From the human T2T-CHM13v2.0 reference genome, Homo sapiens, in NCBI RefSeq assembly GCF_009914755.1, contig NC_060928.1: a stretch of DNA of 64,000 nt; one strand, 5' to 3'. A program made the translations under genes and the position numbers. Shown piece after piece: positions 41,635 through 56,502 of this stretch. A model generated the notes under the pieces. The model was not told the DNA's origin and ran no database searches. It was given only the letters and a program-made list of their open reading frames with translations. Each line of letters opens with the position of its first letter. Positions within the stretch are counted from its first letter, which is position 1.

Positions 41635-41783
41635 CCTTTCTTTTTTTTCCAGCTTTATTGAGGCATTCTTAACAAATAAAAATTGTACGTATTTAAGGGG
41701 TGTAATGTAATGTTTGATATATGTATACCTTGTGAAATGGCTACCACAATCAAGCTAAGAAGCATATCTATCACCACATAGTT

Positions 41784-41821
<38 letters not shown>

Positions 41822-42810
41822 AGAACACTAAGGCCAAGAATCTTAGCAAATTTCAAGTATACAATTTAGCATCGTTAACTATAGTCACCATGTTGTACAT
41901 TAGATCTCCGGAACTTATTCATTCCACATTACCAAATCTTTGTACCCTTTGACCATCTCCCCATTTTCTCCATCCCCTAGTTTTTGGCAACTAACATTCT
42001 ACTCTCTGCATTTACAAGTTGACTTTTTTAGATTCCACATATAAATGAGATCATGCAGTGTTTGTCTTTCTGTGCTTGGCGTATTTCACTTAATATGTCC
42101 TCCAAGTTTATCCATGTTGTCTCAAATGGCAGAATTTCCTTCTAAGAATACTGAGTAGTGTTCTATTGTGTAAAGAAAATGTAGTGTGTGTATGTGTATT
42201 CTTTGCATAAAATTTCTATTGTATAAAGAAATATATATTCTATTGTGTAAAGAAAATGTGGCATCACATTTTCTTTATCCATTCACTTATCAGCAAACAC
42301 TGAAGTTGTTTTCATATCTTGGGTATTATGAAGAGTGCTGCAATTAACATGAGAGTGCAGATGTCTTTTTGAGATAATTATTTCCTTTAGATATATACCC
42401 AGAAGTGGGATTGATGGATCATATGGTAGGTAGTTCTATTTTAAATTTTTTGAGGAATCTCCATACTGTTTTTCATAAGTACTGTACCAATTAACATTTC
42501 TACCAAGAATATATAGGGTTTCCCCTTCTCCACTTCTCCCCAACATTTTTTATGTTTTCTCTTTTTGATGATAACCATTTTAACAGATATGAGGTGACAT
42601 TTCATTGTGATTTTAATTTGCATTTCCCTGATGATTAGTAATGCTGAGCACCTTTTCTTATATTTGTTGGCCATTCTATGTCTTCCTTTTAGAAATGTCT
42701 GTTCAGGTCCTTAGTCCACTTTTCAATCAGGTTATTTGGCTTTTTGCTGTTGAATTATTTTAGTTCCTTATGTATTTTGGATACTAACCTCATTGGATAT
42801 ATGGTTTTTT
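41635..42810 (-). mobile_element. L1MA/MB 3' region containing (TG)n at 41786-41818
   Basis: cagctttattgagg...; ORF remnant REMQIKITMKCHL. Confidence 0.85.
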
Positions 42811-43109
42811 TAAATAACTTTGAAAATTATAAAAGTAATACTTGTACACAGAAAAATATATCGACAATTATAAAATGATAAAGTTGTTTTCTTCTCCTAT
42901 CATATCAACAATTATAAAATGAAAAAGTTGTCTTCTTCCTATCTTAGATGCATAGAAACAACCACTGTAAATAGTGTTTGAGTATCTTTGTCAAGCTCTT
43001 TCTACAATTCATGTATACATTTCCCTCCTTTGCTACACACGTTGTTCTGTGTGGTCTTGATACTTTCACTTAGCGACTTATCTTAGAAGTCTTTCCACCA
43101 TAACAGCTA

Positions 43110-43330
43110 ACAGGTGTTAACTGTTTTCTATATGACAAGCACTAAAAGACTAACTTGTTTTATTTAATCATCTCAACAACTCTGTGACGTAGACTTTATA
43201 ATTATTTCCCATTTTGGAGATGAAAAAATTGAGGTAGAGAAAACAAGTAACATGCCCAAGGCACAAAACAAGCAGACGGCAAAGCTGGTAATTTAATCCC
43301 TATGGTCTCATGTCAGAGTACAGTTCTTAA
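43110..43330 (-). mobile_element. MIR
   Basis: cccattttggagatgaaaaaattgagg...aagtaacatgcccaagg. Confidence 0.65.
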
Positions 43331-44097
43331 AGTGTGAACCCTACACAGTTCTCCCCCATTGACAGCACACCATGTTCTTTTGATAGCTGCATAGTGTTTG
43401 TTACATGGATGTTCATACATTTACTTAACTAATCTCTGCACACATAGGTTTGGGGGTATGATAAAATAGCAGCAGTTAATATCGTAAACATTCACCTTCG
43501 CCTACATGCAAAAGTATGATTTTGGAATAAATTCCTAGAAATAAAATCATTGAATCAAAATTTGAATTTTTGATTGGTATTATGAACTTCCATTTCAAAG
43601 AATAATAGTAATATACATGCACATCAAGAATATGTGTGCCTGTACTTCTCCATTTTTAAAACTATGTAAATCATCTTACGTAAAAGGTGGCTGGAACTTA
43701 AGAGCTGCTCAAATTTTGTTTGATGATTGGGATTGCTTTTGACTTAAATAATTGAAACCGTTTTGTATTATATGAAAAGACAAAAAAGTCCTGTTGTGTA
43801 GAAAGCAAAAGAGAAAATTTAAGCATCAAAGTCACTGTATCCTAACTGAGTCTGTGCAGGTAATACAGACTCAAAATGCTTCCATAGCATCTATGGATTC
43901 ATACACGGAGAAGGAAATTTTAGCAATGATCTAATCCAGCAGCTAGGGCAAGAGTACCAGTGGAGGCCCAATTGCCATTTGTCTACATATTTAGAAGTTA
44001 TAAATCAAGTTATCAAGCTGTTAAAGAAAATTTCTCTCCTCCTCTCTTGACAAACACATCTGTTAGGTTCAAATACAGAACTCTTGGACTCCTGAGA

Positions 44098-44290
44098 ACA
44101 GTGGGTTTCAAACTTTAGCATTCATCAGAATCACCTGGAGGACCTGTTACAACACAGATTTGTTGGCCTCATCCCCAGATTTTCTGATTCAGTTAAGTCT
44201 CAGATGGGACCCAAAATCTGTCTCTCTACCAAGATCACAGGTGATGATGATGATGCTGGTCTGAGACCGCACTTTGAAAGCATCACTCTA
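44098..44290. mobile_element. MER5A
   Basis: cagtgggtttcaaactttagc...cagaatcacctggagg...ccgcactttgaaagcatcac. Confidence 0.8.
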
Positions 44291-44389
44291 GAAAAGGGAT
44301 GAGGCTCCATGTGAGCAGAACTCCTTGGCTAACAGAGTCCTTACCCCATGGGGTGAGCTAGAGGAGGAGGGCCGGAGGGTGCCTATAAA

Positions 44390-45128
44390 TCAGGGTTTCT
44401 CACCCTAAATGCTATTGACAAGTTATACCAGTTAATTAATTGCTACGTAGAGTGATTCCTGTGCACTGCAGGATGTTTTGTAACATCCCTGGCTTCTACC
44501 CACTAGCAAGTAAGACCCCATCAACCCTGGATTTACAATTTAAAAAATAATGTCTACAGACATTCCAAATGTCCCCTAGGACAGGGGTCCCCAGCCCCAG
44601 GGCCCCTGTTAGGAACCAGGCCACACAGCAGGAGGTGAGTGCGGGGCAAGCCAGCAAAGCTTCATCTGTGTTTACAGCTGCTCACCATCACAGGCATTAC
44701 TGCCTGAGCTCCGCCTCCTGTCCAATTAGTGGCCTTAGATTCTCCCAGGAGTGTGAATCCTATTGTGAACTGCGCATGCAAGGGATCTGGGTTGCGTGCT
44801 TCTTATGGGAATCAAATGCCTGATGATCTGTCACTGTCTCCCATCACCCTCAGATGGGACCATCTAGTTGCAGGAAAACAAGCTCAGGTTTCCCACTGAT
44901 TCAACATTATGGTGAGTAGTATAATGATTTCATTATATATTATAATGTAATAATAATAGAAATAAAGTGCACAATAAATGTAACGTGCTTGAATCATGCC
45001 AAAACCATTCCCCCCATCCCATCCCAGTCTGTGGAAAAATTGTCTTCCACAAAACCAGTCCCTGGTGCCAAAAAGGTTGGGGATTGCTACCCTAGGGGCA
45101 AAGTCACCCCTGGTTGAGAACCACTGCT
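44390..45128. mobile_element. MER20, split by MER1A
   Basis: gtgcactgcaggatgttt...catccctggcttctacccactag...aaatgtcccctagg | ggggcaaagtcacccctggttgagaaccactg. Confidence 0.8.
44582..45089. mobile_element. MER1A hAT element with 8-bp TSD
   Basis: caggggtcccc...aaaaggttggggattgcta; TSD ccctagga / ccctaggg. Confidence 0.85.
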
Positions 45129-46066
45129 CTAAATCATGGAGCCCAGGGCAAGGCCCCTCTGCTCTGGGCCTGAAGGCAGTGCTATACAGAGAAGCAAAAG
45201 GATTTGCCTTATATTTGCTTCTTGAGGAATTGTGTAGTCATAAGACACACATACAAATATATCACTTTTCTGATGCTGAAATGAGAGAACAGAGCTCATT
45301 AGGAGTTCTGGAACATCCTGACATTATGAGAGGGATTAAATATTTCAAGGCTTAGGAGAACAGCCAGATCCCTAGACAATTTGGCCTACTCTCCCATCCT
45401 CAAGTCACTTCGTTTAGTAATAAATATCCCATGCTTGAATTATGATTATGTTGGGGCTGCTTACTTAAAAAACGAAGGTCATCACAAATTCCCCCAAAAC
45501 CAGGGCTTTTTTCTTACCTCTAACAACAAGACAGAAGTGCAGGAATTACCTAGACATGTAACACACTTCAGTTGAAGGATAAGGTTTGTCCTCTTCCATC
45601 TATTGATGGGGGAAAATAATCTAAGCATCCAGCCTCAGTCCTTGACAGTTCATCTTGACATATAAATGCCTTTCACAGTGGATAAGATAAATTTTTTGCA
45701 ATTCTAAATATCCTGTTCCAAACTTGAAACATTTATACTAAACATTTTGTATCTGATTTCAAAAATCTCTTCTTGAATCTTGTCATATTCTCCCTGTTTG
45801 GGTCCCATAGATTTGACATACTAATAACTGAAAGTTATTGTGTCAAGTAGAAATTTTAACAGGCAGGTACTAATAGGTTTCAAACAAAACATGAATGAAC
45901 TCTGCTACAGAAACATTTCTCAGGCTGGATAGCTCAGTTCAATGGGAGTTTATACAGCAAAACTTTCATCAATAGAAATGCTTAAAGCAGAGCATAAGTT
46001 CTGAGCTTATTTTTCTAGTTAACTCAGTATTTTAAAAACACTTTTTATTGCAATCCTAACTGACAA

Positions 46067-46491
<425 letters not shown>

Positions 46492-47684
46492 TAGTAACTG
46501 TATTAGGCAAGGATCTATAGGTACAAATGACAAAACTATCTCAAAGCAAAGGGGGGAGGTTAATGGATCATAAAATTAACTTGCAGAGTATTTATATTTC
46601 ATAAAATAAACTAATAAACAAAACTAAATATTTAATCCATTTCCAATATAAAAATTACAAAATTGTAATGTGAACTAAAATTTAAATTTATAAAATATGA
46701 CTGTTAAATATACATTATCATTCTAATATAAATTAGAAAACAAAATTAATAAAATAAAGCACCATTTAAAATAAACATCTTATTAAAAGTGTAAAAATAA
46801 TCAATCATAAACATTTTGAATGAAAATATCATTTGAACATATATAAAATTCAGTCTTATAAAATAAACATGTTGTAAGAATATTTTTGAGCAGAAGTGTC
46901 TACCTCTTTTGGAATCTATGCCAGTCCAGATATTTCCTTCTGGCTATTTTATTTTCAAAAATCTCATCTCCTTTTTTCGAGAACTTGACCTTTTGGGACA
47001 ACACTTTTTTTTGAGAGACAGAAATGCAACATTTTATTGACAATTTAATTTTAGTTTCAAAGAAAATATTTCTTGTTTATCTTCACATCTTTTGTTTCAT
47101 CATGTAAAGCTAGAGATTATCAGTTTCAATTTCAACATGACTTTTTAAATTCCAGTTCTTCAGAAAGACTGTGAACCAGAGTAGAATGTATTTTTCTAAC
47201 ACAAGTCTTGCTTTGTTGGCTGCTCTTCTCTTCTTCTTGAGTATAACAGGAATATAAAAATGCTTTCTAAAAATACGTGCATCACTTTTCACTTCAAAGT
47301 TTTAAGTCAGTATATAACTATATGGATCCATTACAAGATAAATTAATTCAAAATTCAAAAAAAATTAAACAAATATTGAATTAACTAAAAAATCGGCATT
47401 TTAAAAATGCCTAAAATAGTGCTGGAATATATGAGTATCAAAAAGTGGAAATGTAATTGATTACTAAAGAGATGTGGATGGTCTTCAGGATGATTGATGC
47501 CAGGGAACCAGTACCCTCAAGGCTCTTCAGCTCGTCTCCACTTCCTTCTGTGTTGTGGGGAGGAGGGCAAAGGGGATGGCAGCTTGATTGGCTTAAAGTA
47601 ACTTTTCTGCAAGCCAAAGGACTGGTTGCCTACAGCTCTAAACTCACAGGCATTCGTCTTTATAACCAAAAAAGAAAGAAGTCA

Positions 47685-48016
<332 letters not shown>

Positions 48017-49824
48017 CCTTGTTGAAGATACAAATAAAAATCTTGTTGAAGAAACAAGTATCCCAAAACCAATTACTTTGGCCTGGCAGTAAGACACTTT
48101 GATTGGTCCATCTTGGGATAGGTACCTACCCCTCAACCAATCCCAGACCCAAAAGAGAAAGTCATGTACAAAGAAGGTTGCTCCCATTTGGAGCCCAAGG
48201 ATAAAATGGGAAGTGAAGTAAATATCGAGAAGGAAGGGATGTAGGTCCCAAAGGAAGGGAGGAATGCAGAGAAGCAACACAATATGTGCCCGCTGCATGT
48301 GATCTTAATTGAAATGTGTTAGTTCATTGTTCTTGAGAGTCAAGATTCTACATGTTCTTCAGTTTGTATGTTAGTTTTAAGAAGACATAGGAAATGTAAA
48401 AGATTAGGTTGAAATTAGATTTGACATGTTTATTAATGATACAATGGGTTAATCAGTGAGTGTTCAAGCTGATATAAAGTGAGTTGGAGCTCAGAAGAAA
48501 CATTATAGTGACACTTTAAACAAGTGACAGAGCCAGATAGACAAGGGTTAAAACTGATGCTTACAGGTTAATGAGGTGGGACAGAAATGGAGACAACAGA
48601 TTGGTGTTGTATCAGATGGAGTCCCTCTCTGAGGAGCTATTATTTTAGTTAGAGGAACAAATTACAAACGTAAAAAACTATTTTGGATACTGATAAGTTG
48701 TTGGAATAAGACAAAATAACCAAATGTGATAGAGTTACATGCTGAGACTGAAAGCTGCCTCAAGTAGGATTGTCAAAGAAAGCCTAAGTCACAGATGTAT
48801 GAGCTGAGACATGAATGATGAAGCCCTAGAGTTCTGTATTCTATGCAAAAATAACGGTGAAGGAAAGTTTGAAATGTTTTATGCTTGAAATGTTTTAACA
48901 TCAATATTAAGGTCAATGTGTCTAAAGTTTAGTGGGCAAGTGGAGAATACTAGGATATGTATTGGGTCAGAGAGGAAGGCAGGGGCCAAATTATGCAGTG
49001 TCTGACAGGTCAGAGTAAGAAATCAGATTTTCAGTCCAAACTGTAAAATAGTAAGAAAAGAAGACCAAAGGCTTTTGCATGTTGGTAATATTATTGCTGT
49101 CAGTCCTGTCTTTCAGGTAAAAGCCAGATTGCAGTAGGTTTTGAAGACAACATGAAAAAGACACCTTATCAGAAGTTAAGTCATTACTAAGGGTCTCCTG
49201 GCATATCTAGCTTCAAAAGCAGACTGCTTCCTTACAAGGGCTTCTAACAGAAATAATACAAGCCCTCTTTGGTCAACTCCTGATGGATTATTCAAGTTAT
49301 AAATCATGTTCTTATTTACCCAGGATCCATTCATATCATGTCCAAGACAATGCTGCAACCATGGTGATGACTGGGAGTAAATTTTAGGAGGAAGTTAAAG
49401 TGTAAACCCTTATACCAGGGATTATTAGGGACTAGTAGGTAATATAATAGATGTTGTCTTTGTGGTTTTGCCCAGATACAGAAATATTCTTTGAAAACAA
49501 TGTTTGACCAACTTCTATTGACCAACACTAAAAGATTAGGGCATAAAATCAAATTGCAACTAACTCCATAAAAGCATTTTTGCCAAAATCATATGACCCA
49601 GACACACTGTTTCCCGATTATCTAACTTTAGATAAAGCTTGTGGAGCCCAGAGATATAAAGAGTCACCTTTCCCTTAGACTAACTCACTCAAATACCAGA
49701 TGTTTCAACTGAGCATTTGGCAAATATTAGAAGGCAGTCTAAACTCTGATTTGTATCATCAATTAAATAAATGTCCATAGGTTTTTTGATACTGAACATG
49801 CAAGTAGCAAAGTCAATATGCTGT

Positions 49825-52117
49825 TGACATGATTTGGCTGTATCCCCACCCAAATCTCATCTTGAATTGTAACTCCCACAATTCCCACATGTCATGGGAG
49901 GAAACTGGTAGGAGGTGATTGAATTATGGGGGTGGGTCTTCCTGTGCTGTTCTCATGATAGTGAATGAGTTTTAGGAGATCTGACAGTTTTAAAAATGGG
50001 AGTTTCCCTGCACAAGCTCTCTCTTTTCTGTGTGCTGCCATCCACGTGAGATGTGACTTGCTCCTTCTCACCTTCTGCCATGATTGTGAGGCCTCCACAG
50101 CCATATGGAACTGTAAGTCCATTAAACCTCTTTTTTTCTTCCCAGACTCAGGAATGTCTTTATCAGCAGTGTGAAAATGGACTAATACAGTAAATTGGTA
50201 CCAGTAGAGTGGGGTGCTGCTGTAGATACCCAAAAGTGTGGAAGCAACTTTGGAAGTGGGTAACAGGCAGAATTTGGAAAAGTTTGGAGGGCTGAGAAGA
50301 AGACAGGAAAATGTAGGAAAGTTTGGAACTCCCTAGAAACTAGTTGAATTGCTTTGATCAAAATGCTGATAGCGATATGGACAATAAAGTCCATGCTGAG
50401 GTGGTCTCAGATGGAAATGAGGAACTTGTTGGGAACCGGAGCAAAGGTGACTCTTGTTATGTTTTACCAAAGAGAGTGGTGGTATTTTGCCCCTGCCCTA
50501 GAGATTTGTGGAACTTTGAACTTGACAGATGATTTAGGATATCTGGTAGAAGACATTTCTAAGCAGCAAAGCATTCAAGAGGTGACTTGGGTGCTGTTAA
50601 AGGCATTCATTTTCATAAGGGAAGTAGAGCATAAAAGTTAGGAAAATTTGCAGCGTGACAATGCAATAGAAAAGAAAATACCATTTTCTGAGGAGAAATT
50701 CAAGCTGGCTGCAGAAGTAACGAGGAGCAGAATGTTAATCCCCAAGACAATGGGGAAATGTCTCCAGGACATGTCAGAGGTCTTCATGGCAGCCCCTCCC
50801 ATCACAGGCCCAGAGGCCTAGGAGGAAAAAGTGGTTTCATGGGCTGGGACCAGGGTCCTTGTGCTGTGTGCAGCCTAGGGACTTGGTGCCCTGTGTCCCA
50901 GCCATGACAGCTATGACTAAAAGGGGCCAAGGTACAGCTCAGGATGTTGCTTCAGAGGGTGGAAGCCCCAAGCATTGGCAGCTTCCACATGGTGTTGAGC
51001 CTGTGAGTGCACAGAAGTCAGGAATTGGGATTTGGGAACCTCTGCCTAGATTTCAGAAGATGTGTGGAAATGCCTGGATGCCTAGGCAGAAGTTTGCTGC
51101 AGGGGTGGGGCCCTCATGGAGAACCTCTGCTAGGCAGTGTGGAAGGGAAATGTGGGGTCAGAGACCCCCACAAAGAATCCCTACTAGGGCATTGCCTAGT
51201 GGAGCTGTGAGAAGAGGGCCACCATCCTCAAGACCCCAGAATGGTAGATCCACTGATAGCTTGCACCATATGCCTGGAAAAGCCGCAGACACTCTATGCC
51301 AGCTCATGAAAGCAGCTAGGAGGGAGGCTGTACCCTGCAAAGCCACAGGGGCAGAGCTGCCCAAGACCCATGGGAACCCACTTTTTGCATCAGTGTGACC
51401 CAGATGCAAGACATGGAGTCAAAGGAGATCATTTTGGAGTTTTAAGATTTGACTGCCCTGCTGGATTTCAGACTTGCATGGGGCCTGTAGCCCCTTTGTT
51501 TTGGCCAATTTCTCCCATTTGGAATGGCTGTATTTACCCAATGCCTGTACCCCCATTGTATCTAGGAAACTAATTTGCTTTTGATTTTACAGGCTTATAA
51601 GATGGAAGGGACTTGCCTTGTCTTAGATGAGACGTTGGACTGTGGACTCTTGAGGTAATGCTGAAATGAGTTAAGACTTTGGGGGACTACTGGGAAGGAA
51701 TGATTGGTTTTGAAATGTGAGGACATGAGATTTGGGAGGGGCCAGGGGCAGAATGATATGGTTTGGCTGTGTCTCCACCCAAATCTCATCTTGAATTGTA
51801 ACTTCCATAATTCCCACATATCATGGGAGGAAACCAATGGGAGGTGATTCAATTATGGGGGCAAGTCTTTCCTGTACTGTCTTCATGATAGTGAATAAGT
51901 TTCACAAGATCATATGGTTTTAAAAATGGGAGTTTCCCCACACAAGCTCTCTCTTTTTTGTGTGCCACCATACACGTGAGATGTGACTTGCTCCTCCTTG
52001 CCTTCCACCATGATTGTGGGGCCTCCCCAGCTCTGTGGAACTGTAAGTCCATTAAACCTCTTTTTCTTCCCAGTCTCGGGTATGTCTTTATTAGCAGCAT
52101 AAAAATGGACTAATACA
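49825..52117 (+). mobile_element. Full-length THE1 (THE1A-like) MaLR: LTR 49825-50189, internal 50190-51753, LTR 51754-52117
   Basis: Two TG...CA LTRs; internal region starts gtaaattggtaccagtagagtgggg and ends at the PPT ggccaggggcagaa; TSD gctgt/gctgc. Confidence 0.95.
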
Positions 52118-53569
52118 GCTGCCATGAGAATTTAGGGGCTTGATTTATGCATTCTTCTAATCAGAGAGCCATCATACTTCCAATCTGGGCTGAACTCTTG
52201 AGATAGCAACAGATGAAAGCAAAAAGTTTTCAAATTCAACAAAGAACTCTAAATCTTCTCATCTAGACAAGCACTGAGTTGAGAGCCTAGCATTTGAGCA
52301 GCAACACATGAAAGGCATAATTTGGGTCTAAAACATCCTAAGTGCAGGTGTTTTAAATCAACTGCCTCTATCATGAAAGCATTTCAGTAGAATCCCTGCA
52401 ACCCATGAAATTTGGGAGACCTGCATTCTTGATAAATTCCCTCCAAAATATACCCCCTGAAGTAGAAGAATGATCCACTTGGAATTAGGGTATGCTGGTT
52501 CCGGACCCTACATACACTACAATGCCGTTCTCTATAAATGTTTACTGAATGAACGGATGAATGAATGAGTGATACAACAAATTTATACTATCAAGATAAG
52601 ATTAAAGTTTTATGTTTTTCTTGTATAATTTTAATAGAAATGCCATGTTCTATGCAATAAGTCTACACCATTCTCTGATGGCAAAATATCTGGACTTTTT
52701 TCTAACTTTGTGTTCTTGGCTGTTTACCTACATGTCTTCCCCACTCCATTATAAACTCTGATGATGTTATTCACTTTTGCATCCTCGACCCAATGCCTAG
52801 TCCAGTACAAGGCCCATAAGCAGATACTCAAAAATAAAAAGGGAAGGGGAATGCTGAATGGAATTAGTTGGGAGTTGCTTTTTAAACTTCAAGTTTTTGA
52901 TGCAGAATATGTCTGAATGTACAAAGGCAGGCTGGCATAAACTCCACTCCAGAAGCTAAGAAGGAACACCATTCCCACTTCCCTCCTTGTGCAGCATAGG
53001 CCAATCATGGCCAGACAAACCCTTCTAGCAAGGGCTTTGATCTGGAGGAAATGACTCAAAGGTGCAGGGTGACTTAGAGTTTATTTGAGGCATCGGTGGC
53101 AGAATCATGAATTTGCAGCACAGCAGCTGGTCTCGAGAGACAGTGGTCACATGGCAGCTGCCTGAGCCTGTTCCCTCAGCAGGAAGATAGCCTCATCTTG
53201 ACCATTACCATCATTCCCGGCATAGCCTGGCTCTCCAGATTTCTGTCAATTCATGAGCCACTCAAGTCAACTAAAGAGTAAACTTCAAGGCAACTAAAAA
53301 GTTCAAAAACTACTAGTACTCATTTCTTTGGAGGACTTATCACCACTTACCCATTTTTCCCATTAAATCAGTCAAATAATGGATATGGGTTTCCAACCAC
53401 ACCTCTATCTCAGATTTTCCTAGTCCTTCTGTGAAATAAAATAATCTAAAATAAAAAGTATCTGCACGTCTATTTGAATTTTATATATCTAAAGATATCT
53501 AAAATACTGAAGTTTCATTTTCCAGCTATGTTGAGAAAATGGAGCAAATGGAGTACATAATTTTTTAAA

Positions 53570-54030
53570 AATCCACTGTGCACACAATAGCCAAAGGTGG
53601 GAATAATCCAAATGTCTGAATGGATAAACAAAATGTATATCCATTTAATGGCATATTATTCAGTCACAAGCAGGAAAGAAGTACTGGTACATGCTACAAG
53701 ACAGATGATTGAAAATGTGCTAAGTAAAAGAAACCAGATGAAAAGGCCTCATGTTGTATATTTCCATTTATATTGAAATATCCAGAATAGGCCAATTTAT
53801 AGAGGCAGAAAGCAGATTAGTTGTTACCTGGTCCAGTGGGTACGAGAAAATGGAGAGTAACTGCCTAGTGAGTACACAGTTTCCTTTTGGGATAATAAAA
53901 GTGTTCTAAAACAAAGAGTGGTGATGGTTGCACAACATTGTGAATAAAGTAAATGCCACTGAATTATACACTTTAAAGTGGTTAAATGGTGAATTTTATG
54001 GATGTGTATTTTAACACAATAAAAATCCCA
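53570..54030 (+). mobile_element. Old L1M 3' end
   Basis: cacaatagccaaaggtgg...ggtgatggttgcacaacattgtgaat... Confidence 0.75.
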
Positions 54031-55276
54031 ATATGCAAATATTTAGAAGAAACATAAAGAAGCATATTTAAAAACAGGAACCTTTCTATTTACAATAGAA
54101 CAGCTATGTTCAGGGTGGCTTGTCAAAAGGACTTTCTGGTTGTAAAATCTTTGCAGTTTCAACCTTATACCAATAAGGTTTTATCGAGAAGAAAAATAAA
54201 AATAACCATATTCAAAAGATTTTTCATTTATCTCTGAACACAATCATAACCTATTTCATTTAGACACAATAAGGAAGTTGTGAGAATGAAGTCTAATTTA
54301 ATAGATCTTGGCAAATATAATTTTTCCACTCTCACAAAGTTTAAAATTCCTTTATTATAGATGAGCATTAGTTATTCAATTCCTAAAGATGTTGGTCTTC
54401 ACATGGGAGAAATGGACTCAAGATGGTGGGAGCTGCATATTAGTAATTCTTTAAACTAGGATAACAAAAATGTGCTGCTAGTTGCTATCCCATAACTGCA
54501 TGACTCATTATTGTAAAATTGTTTCAAGTTTGTTCAATGGATCTTAGGAAATGGCATTTACTCAATTTTTTATTTAGTCTAGAATTTTAGAACTCCTTTG
54601 TCTTCAATTTCTCTAATTTCTACATTTCCCCCAAATCTCAAATACATCAATGGTAAAAGAAATACTTACACATTCTAAGACCCTGAAAATTATTGCTTTC
54701 CACCCCCAATGGAATTGAAAAAGAAAAACCTCACAAAATAGCAAGTATCTAACTTTCAAAGGATCCATTTCAGTATATCTGTATCAAAGCCAGAGTGAAT
54801 CTTTTCATTCTACTAAGAAGCAAATATACTGAACTATTTCTTGATTTACATTTACTGCCTTACTTAGAGTAAACAGAAATGCCAGCAACTTCAGCTTATT
54901 TAAAAATGTGTGTTGCTTAAGAAGAAATTTTCAATAACCTCTTGGGGGGAAATTACAAGATATTTTCATCCAGATTCCTCAAAGGAAATGATTGTAATGC
55001 TTTTATAAATAATGAAAGCATTTCATTGCAGAAGTACTTAAAATACAATTACTTCATTTACTTTTAGAGGCTTCATCAAAGTACATTTCCAGCACACACT
55101 CTTCAGGGCAGGTGCCTATAATTAAATATGGTCCTCTCACCTGATTCATTTCCCGGGTTTTGAAGGACTCTTTGTTTGAGAGCACTAACTCTCTGTGCAT
55201 CCTAAGGAAGATATTACTGCCAAGTTCCACAAAGCCTTCTGAGAAATTCATCAGTGCTACAAACTACTGACCTTAC

Positions 55277-55406
55277 CCTAAACCCATCTGCTTGCAGGCC
55301 AGCTGACTCAATATCTCCTGCCAGCCATCTGCACACACATGGTGTTCTGTGGCAGCTCTGTGAACCATCAGAAAGGAAGAGGAGTTCACATTTATAGAGA
55401 GGGTCA
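55277..55406 (-). CDS. CORIN: CORIN exon 16 (start of SRCR domain)
   Basis: ccctag|TG ACC ... TTA GG|gtaagg; (V)TLSINVNSSSFLMVHRAATEHHVCADGWQEILSQLACKQMGLG; 130 nt. Confidence 0.95.
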
Positions 55407-56502
55407 CTAGGGAAAGAAAAGACAAGGGAAACCCTAATTAAAAACATTTCTTCCCATGAAAGCACATAACTTTACATGCCTCTGCTTCATTGGCATACAT
55501 TCATTTTCATTTATTTTAGTTAATCATTTGATGTGTACCTACCCTGTGCAAATCACTGCCTTCAGTGTGCTAGAGGGCTAAAAAAAAAATGAATTAGAAA
55601 TGTTCTCTACCCTCAAAGAACCGTAGACTCTAATGAAAGAGACAGGCAGTTCTTAACTTTTCTTAATGAGTTAGAAGACAGCCAGAGCCAGGCCTCATCC
55701 CATGAGTTAACCAGGATTTGCATAATTACAAGAAGCGAGTTGTAAATCTATTTCTATCATTTCCTTCAAGAAAGTATACGAGAACGCAAGTGCGTGAGAG
55801 GGATGCAAATTTAGGATTAATTTGGTATATGTGTTAATTCCTATTATATAAAGGAGAATCCTCTGTACTTAACCAGCCTCAGAGCACTTAGGAAACGCTG
55901 CACAATTGATCACAACACACATGAGAATCATGATTTGGCTGGATGATGCAAAGGACTGAGAAAGAGCTGAGTGAATGGAAGGAGTGATGAGTGTGGGATG
56001 AGGAAATTAATCAAACTCAAGATCACAAACTGCAACACTGGAGGTGCTGGTAGGAGATGTCTTTAATTCCTGTCTGTGTAAGGAGCTAGACAGTTAGAAG
56101 TCTTGGACCTGAAGAGTGTAGGGAAGGCAGAGGGGCCACTTGACTATTCTATTCTAGCAGGTAGAGGTGACAAAAGAATGGCAGACTATCATTAAATTTA
56201 TTGAAGTTGGGTTTTAATGAAGAGTTTTTAAATCCTCTCCCAGCAATTATATGATTACAACATTTTGAACCCAAACGTTTTTCCATACAATATAGATATT
56301 TCAAATAGAGAAGTAGCTTCGTGGGGAAATTTTCTGTGAGTTGGAAATAACACACATAGATCAGCACTATCAGCTTTTATAACAGTAAAACAAAATAGAT
56401 GAACTTGGTCAGTAAAATCCAGGAAGTAATTTAGGATCCATTCAGCTTCAGTGGCTGACAGGCATGAGAGAGTACAACAGATGGCAGAAACAAGTAGCTC
56501 AC

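Noticed and set aside
50859-51398. 179-aa ORF as a novel gene
   Set aside because: Lies wholly in THE1 internal sequence; non-ATG start; typical MaLR pseudo-ORF.
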